The notes under the pieces are model-generated. The model worked only from the letters and a program-made list of their open reading frames with translations, ran no database searches and had not been told where the DNA came from. Shown here in pieces: positions 38,290 to 50,335 of a DNA stretch of 64,000 nucleotides. Location of the stretch: contig NW_024704743.1 of NCBI RefSeq assembly GCF_018977255.1, forward strand, positions 103,294,001 to 103,358,000. Reading direction: 5' to 3'. This DNA comes from Callorhinchus milii. Lineage: Eukaryota. Position 1 is the stretch's first letter. Every line of letters starts with the position of its first letter. Position numbers and translations under genes: made by a program.

Positions 38290-38585
38290 TAATAATAATA
38301 ATAATCCTTGCATTTGATATAGCGCTTTTCAAGTATACAGAATATACTGTAAAGTGAATTGACTGTATAATTGTGGGCGAACGCGGCAACCAATTGCGCA
38401 CAGCAATGTCCCACAAACGGTCACGGATTGAAAATGACCAATTTATTATTGTTTTGTTTTTTTGGAGGGATTATTATTTGGCGTGTGGAGTAAGGAAACT
38501 TGCCCAAGGTTTCGCCCTGCCTGGAATTGAACTCAGGTTTCTCACTTGCAAAGCGAGTGCTCTAACCACTGAGCTACAGGACTCC
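38290..38585 (-). mobile_element. Young tRNA-derived SINE, short form, nested in L2
   Basis: Complete head; most of the tail stem-loop deleted; L2 ORF2 motifs continue on both sides. Confidence 0.92.
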
Positions 38586-40351
38586 AAAGGAGGATATAGC
38601 GGAGGAGAGGGCGGTAAGATTTGTTAAGGTCCAGCCAGATCTGCCGATGTACTGTTAATTTTGATTTAAACCAGATTCGTTCAGCGGCATGCAACTGTGC
38701 TTAAGGGATCAGAGGTGGCTGGTGTACCATGGTGACTTACGTGAATAGCAGACAGTTCAGGAAGAGAGGGGAGCAAGGGATTCGAAAGTGGAAGAGAGGG
38801 AGCTTTGGAAAAGTGTGACCGAAGAGGATAAGTCATTGTGGGAGGAAGCCCAGTGGGGAAGGAGTCCAAAGCAGCCTGGAGGGAGGGGGGTGAGATTTTT
38901 TTCCAGGGGCGGTAGAAGATGGAGGTGGGTTAGGTGGCAGTGGGGAGAGGGATTGAGGAGTTAAGGGAGATAAAGTGATGGCCCGAGAATGATATAAAGT
39001 GATTTCAGAGCAAGACGTGTAGCAATTATAGATGTTGCTTCTAAAAGCAGAAACCGGGCATAATGACCCACAAAAACGACGTGCAAATCAGCACAAGGTA
39101 CTTGAAAAATCTGCTCCCAAAGTAAATTGTGTTACAGTGGAGTTCCATTGGATCAGGATGACATGCTGTTAGTTATACACTAATTATTTTGCTCGCCCGT
39201 CTTTTCTTACCCTTTTGCAGCTTTAACAAATAGCCAAAGACAGGGTGCGTTCGATCTCTAACCATTTGATGACAAAAGCTAGTTTGGATTGCGCTTATCC
39301 TGTCATATTAAAAATTAGCAAGTGATAATTATACCATCGCAGACCACATTTTGCAATCATATTTGACTACTGGATGTTTTACGAGCAGTATAAAGGTGTA
39401 AAAAGAAATGGAATGTCTCACCATGTGATCACATCTCGACTATAATGGTTATCCCACAATGTTTCAAGCCTTTTTTATAAATTTAAATAAAAAACGCATA
39501 AGAAAGGAGAAGCTGGACGCACATTTGCATTTGTTTTTAAATTGTGTATAATTGCTTTTCAATGCATCGGGGAAAAAACTACAAATGCAATATTCATTAA
39601 TTCAATTGCTGCTATTCCCTGCTGGAATATGGAAAATTCAGCTAACAGCAAGCACATCTCTTTCAGCTGTAAGTGTAGTTCTCTGTTGATGACCCTGCAG
39701 TGAGCTACAAACTGTCATCTTCCTTGCTTAGCCATCATGACAGCTGTGTGTGACATACGGTGCAAAATTCTCTGCTGTGATTATCACAGGAAAACCGAGT
39801 TAAGAAAAAAAGTCAAGATTTCCACAAGAAAGCAAATTCATTTCAACAGGTTAGAGTGGTGTTCTTTACAGACCCAATCAGTACAGTTGTTCATTAGGTA
39901 ATTTGCTAGCTTCTACGTGTGATAGCATATCACCTCTACCAATAAAGCTGTGCATTTGACAAGACCACAAGGCTTGCAGCCTACAAGACGATGTCTGCAG
40001 CTTTTGGAAAAACATTTTGTTTCTTGAGAAATGGCAGTTTTATGTCAGTTAAAAGAATTACAGTCTACCATTACTGGTACATACTATTAGGATTCATTCA
40101 ACTAATGCCTTTCTACTGCATTTTGCATGGGCTCATCAGAGCACATTAAAGTCAAGGGAAGGCAAATCTCACTTTCCCAGACATATTCAGCAGCTGTCAC
40201 AACTTGACCAAAATAGGACTTTTTATAATTTGCCATAACCACTGCCAGGTATATATTTTTGGAAAATTAGTTTAATCTGGAAAAAAAAAAGATTTTCTGA
40301 AAGCTGCATGAATCAAGTATATTTTATGAATCTGTTCTTTCCTGTGAGAAG

Positions 40352-40741
40352 TTTAGCTCTGGTGCTCTTACAACTGACTCGTACATTGGGGGTTAAAGCT
40401 CCACATTGGGACTTTAAACTAACTGTTTAGGCTGTGCCAATATAGTACTAGAGGAGTGCTGGATTGTTGGAGTTCATCCTTTGAATGAAACCACATCCAA
40501 TCTGTCTGTTGAAATGTATGTTAAAGATTCCTGGCCCTATTTGTTGTTAAAAGTGATGTCTCAGAGGAGATCTTATTGAGTGATTTCAAATGGGGGATTG
40601 AAAAAGTAAAGTTTGTGGGACACTGCTGTGCACAACTTAGCTGCTTTGTTCACCTACAAATATACAGTAAATCCTGTGAAGCACTTTGAGATTTTCTGAC
40701 TACTTCATAATGTACCATAATTAATGCTAAGATTATTATTT
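40352..40741 (+). mobile_element. Old Deu-domain SINE
   Basis: TAGGCTG...GAGGAGTGCTGGATTGTTGGAG...GTTAAAGATTCC...GTTTGTGGGACACTGCTGTGCAC...tail. Confidence 0.7.
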
Positions 40742-42106
40742 GTCTATTCTACTCTAAAGGCTGTTCCTGGGAGGTGCTTTGAAATAATTTCCGCTTTTTG
40801 AAGAGGAGCATGTGCCCTATTTCTGACACCACCCAAAGGAGTACAGCTGAGGTGGTAACTCACTGTGTGAGGGCATCCAGGTGTAAAAATGTTTTTCCCA
40901 TGTTGTACACCATAATGCACCATTGGATACCTCGAACCAAGCAATGTTAATGCAGCGTTCTCAAATAACATATGGTGCCGCATATGAACATAATGCACTT
41001 GTTAATATTCATTCCTTTAGGGGCTAAATAAAATTCAAAACAAGATTTCTTGGTTAAGGAATCAATTAGGATTCCTTTCTTTTCTGATAGCTAGCAGTAT
41101 ATGGCACAGGTCACGCAGAATTTTAGGAACTTCACTCTGTCAGAAAAAAATACTAAGATTCATCATGATATATATCATATTGCACATCTATGATTAAAAA
41201 TAAAATTAAATATAAGGTCTGTAAATTAATCTCCAAGCATAGCTACTCAAAAAAATCAAATCAGAAACCCACAGCAAAACAAATACCTGTATATTGATTT
41301 ATGGTTTATGTTTTAAAATAACCAACCAAAGTTTAATACCAAGTGTTGTCCCTAGTATTTAAATCATAACTATCCATCCCTCTTTATAGGTTTGAGAATA
41401 GAGAGATCAGAGTTATATATTTCAAACACAATTTCAATAAAAATGAATGGAGTCATGTTGATTTGCCTAAAAAAACAGGACTTGACACACAATAGTGCAC
41501 ATTTTCCAACAAATAATTTGGGATATTTTAAGTTTGAGAAGAAACCAATGTAGTTCACTGAATATAATTAAATCTGGCCAACTATGCTCTCAAAGGTTCC
41601 AGAGGATTACACTGAACAGCAAAATGCAGCAACACTGTGACCAGTCATAAAACTCAATGTTTACGCACATTATGTTAACAGAGTTACTCTGAGCAGATTT
41701 TACAACAAGAAACTGTGTATTCTCCTTTTGAGCAAGTTCTTCAACACAAGTGATTCACAAGTTACAAAATCTTCACCTTAATCACTACTGTACATTCTTC
41801 AAGCTTCACTCTTATGCCAAAGTTGATGCTGCATTCATTTCAGTGGAAAAATTATACTGATATCTGGAGATCATATTGAACATAAAATCATACACCAACT
41901 CCAGCATAATATAAAAAAGCAAATGACAAAAAAAACAATCACTATTAAAGCTATTAAACTTAATATTAATAGTCTATTGACTCCGGCTTCCATAACGTTC
42001 ATTAAAGTAGGTATGCAAGTTCATTTCTGGCCAATGTACTTTCTAGTCACAGTGAAAGAATGATCTGATTAATGGCTATGTACATTTTTGTGCTGAATCT
42101 GCTTAC

Positions 42107-42219
42107 CTTGGTAGAATAGTTTAAATCCATGTGCGCTGACAGCAAAGTCACTTGTGAGGCGCAATGCAAGTACTGATCCCGTGCTCATTACAGGTGCTGG
42201 CATCTGGAAGCCAGTTAAC
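42107..42219 (-). CDS. CSMD3: Internal coding exon of CUB and Sushi multiple domains protein (end of CUB1), probably CSMD3 exon 3
   Basis: Minus strand ttttgctgcag|G TTA ACT GGC TTC CAG ATG...TTC TAC CAA G|gtaagc; 113 bp, phase 2 to phase 1; translates (R)LTGFQMPAPVMSTGSVLALRLTSDFAVSAHGFKLFYQ. RLTSDFAVSAHGFK matches recalled CSMD3 better than CSMD1 (WFTTDFAVSAQGFK) or CSMD2 (RLISDYAVSAQGF). Family call is firm; paralogue call is slightly less so. Confidence 0.92.
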
Positions 42220-43014
42220 CTGCAGCAAAACAAACCACAAACCATTAAAATATGTGTCACATAATGGACATTTTCCATTAACAGTAGGAACATGCTTTAC
42301 ACTACTAGTATGGACATTAAATAACAGCTCTTCACATATACCGGACATCACAAAACAGGTTTGGATTATTAACTGGGCTGATTTCATTTCACACTTCCAG
42401 AATACAGCAAGTTACATTTACACAGCATTTTTTCATGTCGAGAGGACATTTCAAAGCTTTTCAGACAGCTGACTGTGTCACCTAAGCTGATGTATTCTGT
42501 GAAGGCACATTGTGGGGCACCCAGAATAAAATGAGATGCCTGTGTAAAACTGTGATCAACTCTTCATCAACATTTGAGAATAATCTATTCAAACTTCCCA
42601 GGCTAGCTTTCAACTAAGTATAGAGGAACAAGCTAAATGCAATTGTTACCTGGTATGGTTATGTTGCATGGGTGAAAATTGCAATCTGAAAGTACCTCTT
42701 TAAGGGAGGATTCACATTGGGTGTATGTGTGTCCATTTATATTGTACATTTGCTAGGAATTCACAGCCAAAATCATAGTGATTTACCAGCACTCTACCTT
42801 AAGATACTAAAGTAAAGTTGTGAAGCGTTGCATAATGCATTATATTTCTATTTCCTTCATAAACCATGCATACTTGTTCTCTGAGCAATTGCAAGCCTAA
42901 AGTGGCAAATTATTGAACATAAGAACATTATGTTCTTATGTTCTTCTTAATGAACACTTTTGAACACACACATTTGGAAATGGCTTGTAATAGCTTAAAA
43001 GTGATTAACACCAG

Positions 43015-43110
43015 ATCTCAATTCACTTTACAGTATATTCTATGAAGTACTTTGAGACGTCTAGCAGACTTGAAAAGTGCTATATCAAATGCAAGGATTA
43101 TTATTATTAC
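43015..43110 (+). mobile_element. SINE 3' tail fragment
   Basis: TCAATTCACTTTACAGTATATTC...ATCAAATGCAAGGATTATTATT. Confidence 0.85.
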
Positions 43111-43893
43111 AGATAGAAGAAAAGAAAGGCTTTCATTCCCATCAGTTTCCTTAAGATTTTCTTAAGTTCTAGTTAATGAAAGCAACGTGTGAAAAACTTA
43201 TTGGGGTTAAAACAAATTCCGAGCCACATGGTACTGAAGTATAGAGGTCTGGACCGTAGTCATAGAGATTTATTTTGCGCCAAACTGAATTTTTTTTTAG
43301 TGTTAGTCACTAGCTGGGATCATAGGTAATTAGAAGCCATTTACAGAAAAAAACTATGAAACCTGATTCAACAAATAAAATAAGGTGATATTTGCGGCCT
43401 GGCTGTACTCACTGCATATAAACATCAACTTGCATTTATATAACGCCCTTCACGTAGGGGATTGGATAAAGGTGATGCACTGAGCCAGTTTTGCCAATGG
43501 TTCCAAGATACCCTGCTTAACGACAGTATTTACTGAGCATAAGGACATTGTTTTGATAAGATTAATGGAACATAAGGTTTAAGGCATAGCTTCAAACACA
43601 CCCACATATTGCATTGTGTCCTCAAAACTGGGATAATGGAGGAATGAAGAAATGACTCTACATGGTTTCCTCTCAGAGGCAAGTGCTAAACTGGGGGTAG
43701 GTGGAGGGTTTGCAGAGGTCTCGGCAGCTGCAGGAACAGTAGAGGAAGTCACAGTTTGTTGCACTACTGAAGCTTGTACATTTTCCATCTCATAGTCTCT
43801 AGGTGAAATTGCAAATGTAATTTCTTTTTTCCCCCTCAAATCATGGGCAGTTTGGGTACCATGCACAAATCCACAAAGAAGCACAAACATTTG

Positions 43894-44185
43894 CCTAGCT
43901 TAATTGGTAGCACCAGTTCTGTGGGTTCAACCCCTACATTGGGAATTTGACTCAATCTAGGCTGACACTCGCAGTGCAATGCTACACTGTTGGAAGATCC
44001 ATCCTTTGGGTGAGACATTACGGCTGATGTTCCAATATAGTGCAGGGTGCAGCTGTTTTGTCGGAAGTGCCATCCTGCAGATGAGAAGTTAAATCAGCCT
44101 GTTTGTTCAGATGGATGTTAAAGATCCCATGACACTATTAGAACAGCAGAGAAAGTTTGTCTTGGTGTTTTGGCCAACAATCCCT
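43894..44185 (+). mobile_element. Deu-domain SINE with doubled Deu segment
   Basis: GGCTGACACT...CTGTTGGAAG...GAGACATTA followed by a second GGCTGATGTTCC...TGTCGGAAGTGCCATC...GATGAGAAGTTAAA. Confidence 0.7.
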
Positions 44186-45489
44186 TAAATAAAATTATTC
44201 ATTTTATGGCTTTTTGATTATTGATTTGATGTCTATAAACATACTTTCAAGTGAGCACCATATATTCGTACTTAAACGGTTTAAGTTTCTTAATTCAAGA
44301 ATAATTTAAAAAGTAGGAATATCGTTTTGTGCAATTCAAATCTGCGCAGGAATGTAATTGCTTCACAGACCTGGGACATGGAGAATCTGAAAGACATATG
44401 TTCTATTAAGTGGTGGTATTTTAAAATTACCAAATATCAAAATCAATTATCTCACAATTTGCCTTTGCATGTTGCCTACATTTCCACTGATTTTATAAGA
44501 AAAGTACTTTTTTCCTTGTGTCTCCTGGTAGCTGCAGAATAAATGTCAGACAAAGGACCAACCTGCATTATCACAGTTTGCATCTGAACTGATACTGAGA
44601 CAAAGGCCAATTTCTAACTCCGTGAATCCATTTTATTCAATGGCACGAAGAGTAGGGTAGCGCTGTGGGATGAATACTAAAGCCCTCATTTAATTGTATT
44701 TGTGCAATGCATTCACACCAGCACAGCAGGAATTATGGCAGAATGCCCAAAAGACCTCATATGTTGCAGGAAGCATACGATTCTTCGCTCCTCTCTCCAT
44801 TCTCACCCTTTCGTCTGAAGGATTGAATATTTAAAATCATTGTCCAAAATCACAGACTTCATTCACAAGCTAATGTATTGTTTCTATTTTTTTTTTAATT
44901 TAGAAACACAGCACTGTTAGAAATTGATAAATTTAAGCACTGTGTAGTACATGGTTCGCATCACATTAATGTTTTACATAAATTGTCATTCACTTCATGA
45001 TTGTGGGGCACTGTGCAAACTGGCTGGCACATTTACTTACAAAATACAGTCACTACATTTTACAGTAAATTTTGTGAAGTGCTGTGAGATGGCCTCCTAA
45101 CACGAAATATGCTATATCAAAAGCCAGGAGCATTATTATTAATTATTATTATTAACAGCCCCACCCAGTTTACATTTGCACCTTTATCGTGCACAGTGAT
45201 GCCACTAAATAATTCTTGTGGATGCCACTAGAAACAAATAGGTACAAGGTGTCATCCACATAATGGTATTTATGGATGTATATTGGGGAGAAAGGGGAAA
45301 AGTAATGTGAAATTCAATATTTGTTTCTGTATTCTGGGACAGTGATTGGTAGAAACATTGTACAAAGGAAGAAAAAATGTTTTTAAATGGAGGAGAATCA
45401 ACATTTTGTGACATTATGGCTTTGGAAAGTCAGATAATCCCCAGAGTTCTAAAGGTTTGTTCAAGAAAAAATGTCTGCGTCCATACTCA

Positions 45490-45985
45490 ATATAACCCTC
45501 CAGCCTCCTCATCTGCTTTCCTAATCTTCTCTATATCCTTCTCCCTTACATATGCATTGTTTCCTCTAAAATACACTGATGCTTTTGGCTTCAACCATAC
45601 CTTCCGGCACATGTTCCACAGTCTCACCTCAATCTGTGTGAAGAAGTTCCTCCTAAACTCTCTTTTACTTCTACTACTGTTATATTTATTCCCTCTTGTT
45701 TTGGACTGACCATTAAGGGCAAACAACCTATTAACATCCATCTTATCAAATCCTTTCATCTTCTTAAATATCTCAATTGTTTCACTTCTAGAAACAAAAG
45801 CTCTAATTGTTTCTGTTAGCTGTATCCACTCAACCCTTGGAACATCCTTATAAATCTACACTCCTACAAAATCCTTCTTGTAGCACGACAAATATTACTT
45901 CAAATATGATCTAACCAAGATACATTTTAAAGTTTAACATTTTCCTCATTATGTATTTTATTCTTCTAGGCGTAAAGCCAAGGAC
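45490..45985 (-). mobile_element. Old CR1 3' fragment
   Basis: MKGFDKMDVNRLF...TRG.KY...RRNFFTQ..VRLWN. Confidence 0.8.
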
Positions 45986-47218
45986 ACAAATTGAACAGCA
46001 TGCTTCCATTCTATAATGTTCTATGCAAGAATCTACATTCTTTGTAATTCAGTATAGTGACTGTATTTGTAGGCAAACATGTCAGTCAATTTGTGAAGTG
46101 TCCCACAAGCAAACATGAAGTGAATCATAAATTTTATCCAGAAGATTGTTGGCCTGGATACTGTGAGAAATGTTCTTTTTTGGAAGAGTGTCATTGGATC
46201 TTTAATGGCCTCTTCCTTTTTAGATAATAATAATAATCCTTACATTATTATTAAGTATAATTAAGTATTCTGAATGAGTGGCTGATGCCTAACCCTAAAA
46301 GATGGAACACTGCATGTACATTTAAATGAATAAGGCACTTCCAGAGGTCCATTATGTGTCTGACATATGGGAAAAATTATCACTATAATTAAGAGTATCC
46401 ACATTTGCGTGCCACTTAAGCATGGACTTTTCCCAGTGTCTGGAATGCAATGTACATTCTCTTCCCACTTTCCATTGCTTGTTCAGCTAGGATCAACCTG
46501 AGGCATGTGGGAAGAAAGTCTTCCCCCAATGACTAGTCTGCCCCTCTAAGTCCTGCTGCCAAGCATGTCACTGTATAGCCATCTCAGCCCCAAATAGACC
46601 CTAGTGCCTCTCCTCGACTATCTCAGGTTACCAGTAGAAGTTCCCAAATATTAGCTCTGTCCACCTTTTCAGTTGGTAGTACTTGAAAGGCAGTATAGAA
46701 ATTGTTGTTTTTGTAGTTTTGTGTATTGTTAAAGTTGTGTTGCATGCTTTACAGTAAATTCATTCTCTTTATTGTCAGTTTGATGGTCCAAAGTTAAATT
46801 TTAAAAAATCCAAAATAAATGGTAACCATTACTTAGAGATCTAGGTAATGGTAAGAAATCTTCTTTCGTGGCTAGAATTAACCTTTCAAATATATCCCAC
46901 AAATTACTTAACTTAATAAATTCATAAACACAGTATGTAATCAGGTTATTACCCGGTCCTAAATATAAAACGTTTGATAAGAAATTACTATTTGTAAGTA
47001 CAGTATTTATCTTTTCAATTCACTTTGTTTGCAAATACTGATAGCAATGGTAATACATAACTTAGTTCTAAGTTCTAAGTTAGCATTTACGGTGTTAATG
47101 TTTGCCTGATTCATCATTATTGCATATTAAAAAGTAAACATTACAATTTGTGATGCATTTTCTATGATAAATCGTTATATCTTTTTCTCAAATATTTTTC
47201 AGCAGCAGACTGTATTTT

Positions 47219-47623
47219 ATAATAATAATAATAATCCTTGCAATTGATATAGTGCCTTATCACATTATTTAAATGTTTGAAATCACTTCACATGCTTTAC
47301 TACAAAGTGTAGTGACTGCTTACTTGTCGGTTAATGCAGCAGCCAGTTTTCACACAGCAATGTTCTACAAACATGAAGTGAAAGGACAATTTTATCTTGG
47401 GAATCGTTGGCCAGAACACTGGGAGAAACTCCTTCTTCTTTTGCAATATTACTATGGGATCTTTAACATTCTCCTGAATAAATAGAGATGGGATCTCAGT
47501 TTAACAATTAGTCTGAAGGACGGCACTTCTGACAATACAGCAAATTATACTGGAGTAAAACCGCAGTGGAGTTTTAGTATAGACGAGGTGCTCAAAGTGC
47601 CAATGTGGGACATGAACCCACAA
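47219..47623 (-). mobile_element. Old Deu-domain SINE
   Basis: Tail, GGCCAGAACACTGGGAGAAACTCC, TGGGATCTTTAAC, GAAGGACGGCACTTCTGACAAT, partial head. Confidence 0.78.
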
Positions 47624-47711
47624 TGTGTTTGGCACTGATTTATCATAGCTTGAGATGGATTTACCATGAAATATGCACCAGAGATTGAAGTGTCAGACAT
47701 ATCATATTATA

Positions 47712-48006
47712 TTCCTTATTCCACACGCCTCTGTTTACCTAGCAGTATGTAAGAACCTGATTGTTAGTCAATTGGCGGATCGCTTTTCTGGGGGTAATAA
47801 TTCCTTCAAAAAATAATAATAATAGTAATAAATTGGTCACTCAATCCACAACTGTTTGTGGGATACTGCTGTGCGCAATTGGCTTCCATGTTTCACCCAC
47901 AAAATATACAATCAATTCACTTTGAAGCGCTTTGAGACGTCTCAAAGACGTGATGAGGCACTATATCAAATATATCAAATGCAAGGATTATTATATCAAA
48001 TGTAAG

Positions 48007-48069
<63 letters not shown>

Positions 48070-48100
48070 CATTATTATCATTATTATCATTATCATTATC
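47712..48100 (+). mobile_element. tRNA-derived SINE, long form, 5'-truncated, expanded tail
   Basis: CCACACGCCTCTGTTTACCTAGCAG body; reiterated TATATCAAAT tail segments. Confidence 0.88.
48008..48100. repeat. (TTA)n grading to (TCATTA)n microsatellite
   Basis: Direct read; derived from the SINE tail. Confidence 0.95.
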
Positions 48101-49082
48101 ACTGTGCTTTGAAGGTAGATTTCCCAAACTCTCATACTTTGGGGTAGTTTGTGATGCTTCATAATGTATTTCTGATGCAACCAAACACTGTAAACTTGTC
48201 ATATTTCTTAATTAACAAAAGGCTACTATCAGTCTCACCCTTTGCATTTGCGACCATCACCACTCTATCCCAGTCCTACCTTTAACACTTCTATCTCCTA
48301 CCCGCCTCAAATCTGTCATCCTTCAGGCTTTCCGTCACTATAGAAGTTCGAGATATTGACTCAATTGAATCATTTTTCTCTTCTTTAACAACAAAATGCC
48401 TATCTTTGATGCTAAATAGTTTTAAATCAGGACGGTACATCTCCCGTGCAGTCATAGGAGACAACATCAAAGATTGATTTTATGATTGATCTTGGACAAT
48501 GTGCTGCAGAGGGCAAGGATCTCAGTGTGGGCAGCTATTTCCTAAGAAAAGCCACAATAACCTAACTCATTATCCCCCAGATAAATTTGGTCATTCATTT
48601 CATGGCTGTTTGTGAAATATTATTGTGTCCAATTAGCTGCCACATTTGCCTACAATAATCATGTGCCCTATATTTTGCAGTAAATCTGATGAATGATGCC
48701 TTGGCGGCAGGATGTCGTTGTAACAAATGGCAGGATTATTATTCATCGTACATTAAAATCCATCTCCCTTGCCTTATCTGTTGAACTGGTCCAGATTTTC
48801 TTGTGTTTGCTGGTTTTCATCTGTATACCAGTCACCCAGCCAAATAACTTACCATAATCAGCAAATGTGTCAACCTGCAATAAGTGCTGTCCTCTAAGTT
48901 ATGTATATATGGTGTGAACAACACAGTACGCAGACCAAACCCCAGTGTTACTCTGCTTACTACCAGCCCCCAGATGAAGATTTTCATTTATCATCATTAT
49001 TATGTTTGCCGTTACTAAATCAGCCAAATTGCTAATTTGCAATTAGTTCTATGATATTTAATCTTCTTTAAAAATCCCAAAT

Positions 49083-49911
49083 AACAACAACAACAAGATT
49101 CCATTTATAAAGCGCCTTTCACGTCAGGAGGACGTCCCAAGGCGCTGCACAGTTGGGTCAGGACCCGAGCAGGGGGGAAATGGTCAGGGTGAGGGGAGGG
49201 AAGGGAGGGAGCGAGGAGGGGGGAAATGGTCAGGGTGAGGGGAGGGAAGGGAGGGAGCGAGGAGGGGGAAGAGAGTCTAGAGGGGAGCTGAAGGCTCGGT
49301 CAAAGAGAAAGGTTTTGAGACCGGCCTTGAAGGAGGAAAGGGAGGAGGCAGCGAAGGCACTGGGGGATGGAGTTCCAGAGCCTGGGGGCTGAGAGGCTGA
49401 AGGCCCGACCACCGATGGTAGGGCGATTGGGGCGGGGGACGTGGAGCAGACCAGAGCCAGAGGAACGGAGGGTACGGGCAGGTAGGTAGGGGGATAGTAG
49501 GTCGGAGAGGTAGGAGGGAGCAAGGCCGTGGATGGCCTTATAGGTGAGGATGAGGATCTTAAAATCAATCCTCTGGGGGATGGGGAGCCAGTGGAGGCGA
49601 GCGAGGGTGGGTGTGATGTGGTCCCGAAGCCTGGTGCGGGACAGTACACGAGCTGCAGAGTTCTGAATGACCTGCAGCTTGTGGAGGGAGGTGCCAGGAA
49701 GGCCGGCGAGGAGAGAGTTCCCATAGTCCAGCCTTGAGGTGACAAAGGCGTGGACCAGTGTTTTAGCAGCGTGAGGGGTGAGGTAGTGCCGTAGTCTGGT
49801 GATGTTCCGGAGGTGATGGAAGGCGGTGCCAGTTGTGGTGCGGATGTGAGGGAGAAAGGACAGCTCAGGGTCGAACAAAACGCCGAGGTTCCTGACTGGC
49901 TTTGAGAGGTG
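49083..49911 (-). mobile_element. Young L2 LINE, 5'-truncated
   Basis: Near-identical to 29992-30848; same ORF2 C-terminal motifs and (TTG)n tail. Confidence 0.97.
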
Positions 49912-50244
49912 TAAATGTGTAAATACAGCTCGAGTTGTGAGCTCAAATGATTGACTGTCTGTTATACTGTATACAGTAGAAGCTTATCCTTGCTCTAACC
50001 AATCAGTACAATGTAATCCATTTGTCTCTAATGGGAAAGTTAAGCACCACTCAGAAATACACTCAATGACTGTAAATCCTATTAATCGGTTACGTCCAAT
50101 ACTACAAATGTGTAGTAGTGGAGATTTACTTAGCCCAAAGAATACTGAGAAAATAAATATGGGATTTTTTTATAATAGAACATACTGCCATGAAGGAACA
50201 CACTTAGAACTAGACAAAAGAAAGATGAAGTAATCCACATGTAG

Positions 50245-50335
50245 ATACATAGGATCAGGAGTAGGCCAACCAAGTCTGTTCTGCCATCTCAATATTATTT
50301 ACATGTTGGTTGACCTTGCCTATAGTCACCTCCCT
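50245..50335 (-). mobile_element. CR1 3' terminus relic (second CR1 tail type)
   Basis: ACATAGGATCAGGAGTAGGCCA...GTCTGTTCTGCCATCTCAAT. Confidence 0.5.

Larger units (their letters stand above)
36403..38995 (-). mobile_element. L2 LINE (intermediate age), degraded ORF2, interrupted by a young L2 end and a SINE
   Basis: RPWKKISP, HRQIWLD, LKTAVITPILKK, LELSAAFNTID, GIPQG, ADDTELY, RLKTLLFDHVF motifs in order; deletion near 36860. Confidence 0.92.
1..42106 (-). other. CSMD3: Probable intron downstream of the CSMD exon (intron 3, partial)
   Basis: Begins with GTAAGC donor at 42106 on the minus strand. No sushi-domain exon (CGNPG...WD.P) found by eye in 1-42106. Large introns are typical of CSMD genes. 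Confidence 0.65.

Noticed and set aside
40829..40880. PPKGV and GHP words resembling CSMD3 Sushi1 exon
   Set aside because: Wrong strand relative to the exon at 42107, in-frame TAA, wrong spacing, no CGNPG or WD motif.
42069..42293. 74-aa ORF as a standalone gene
   Set aside because: Only 42107-42219 is CUB-like and bounded by splice sites; the flanks are intronic read-through.
47917..48202. Poly-I, poly-Y and poly-N ORFs (also 57052-57430)
   Set aside because: Translations of (TTA)n SINE tails.
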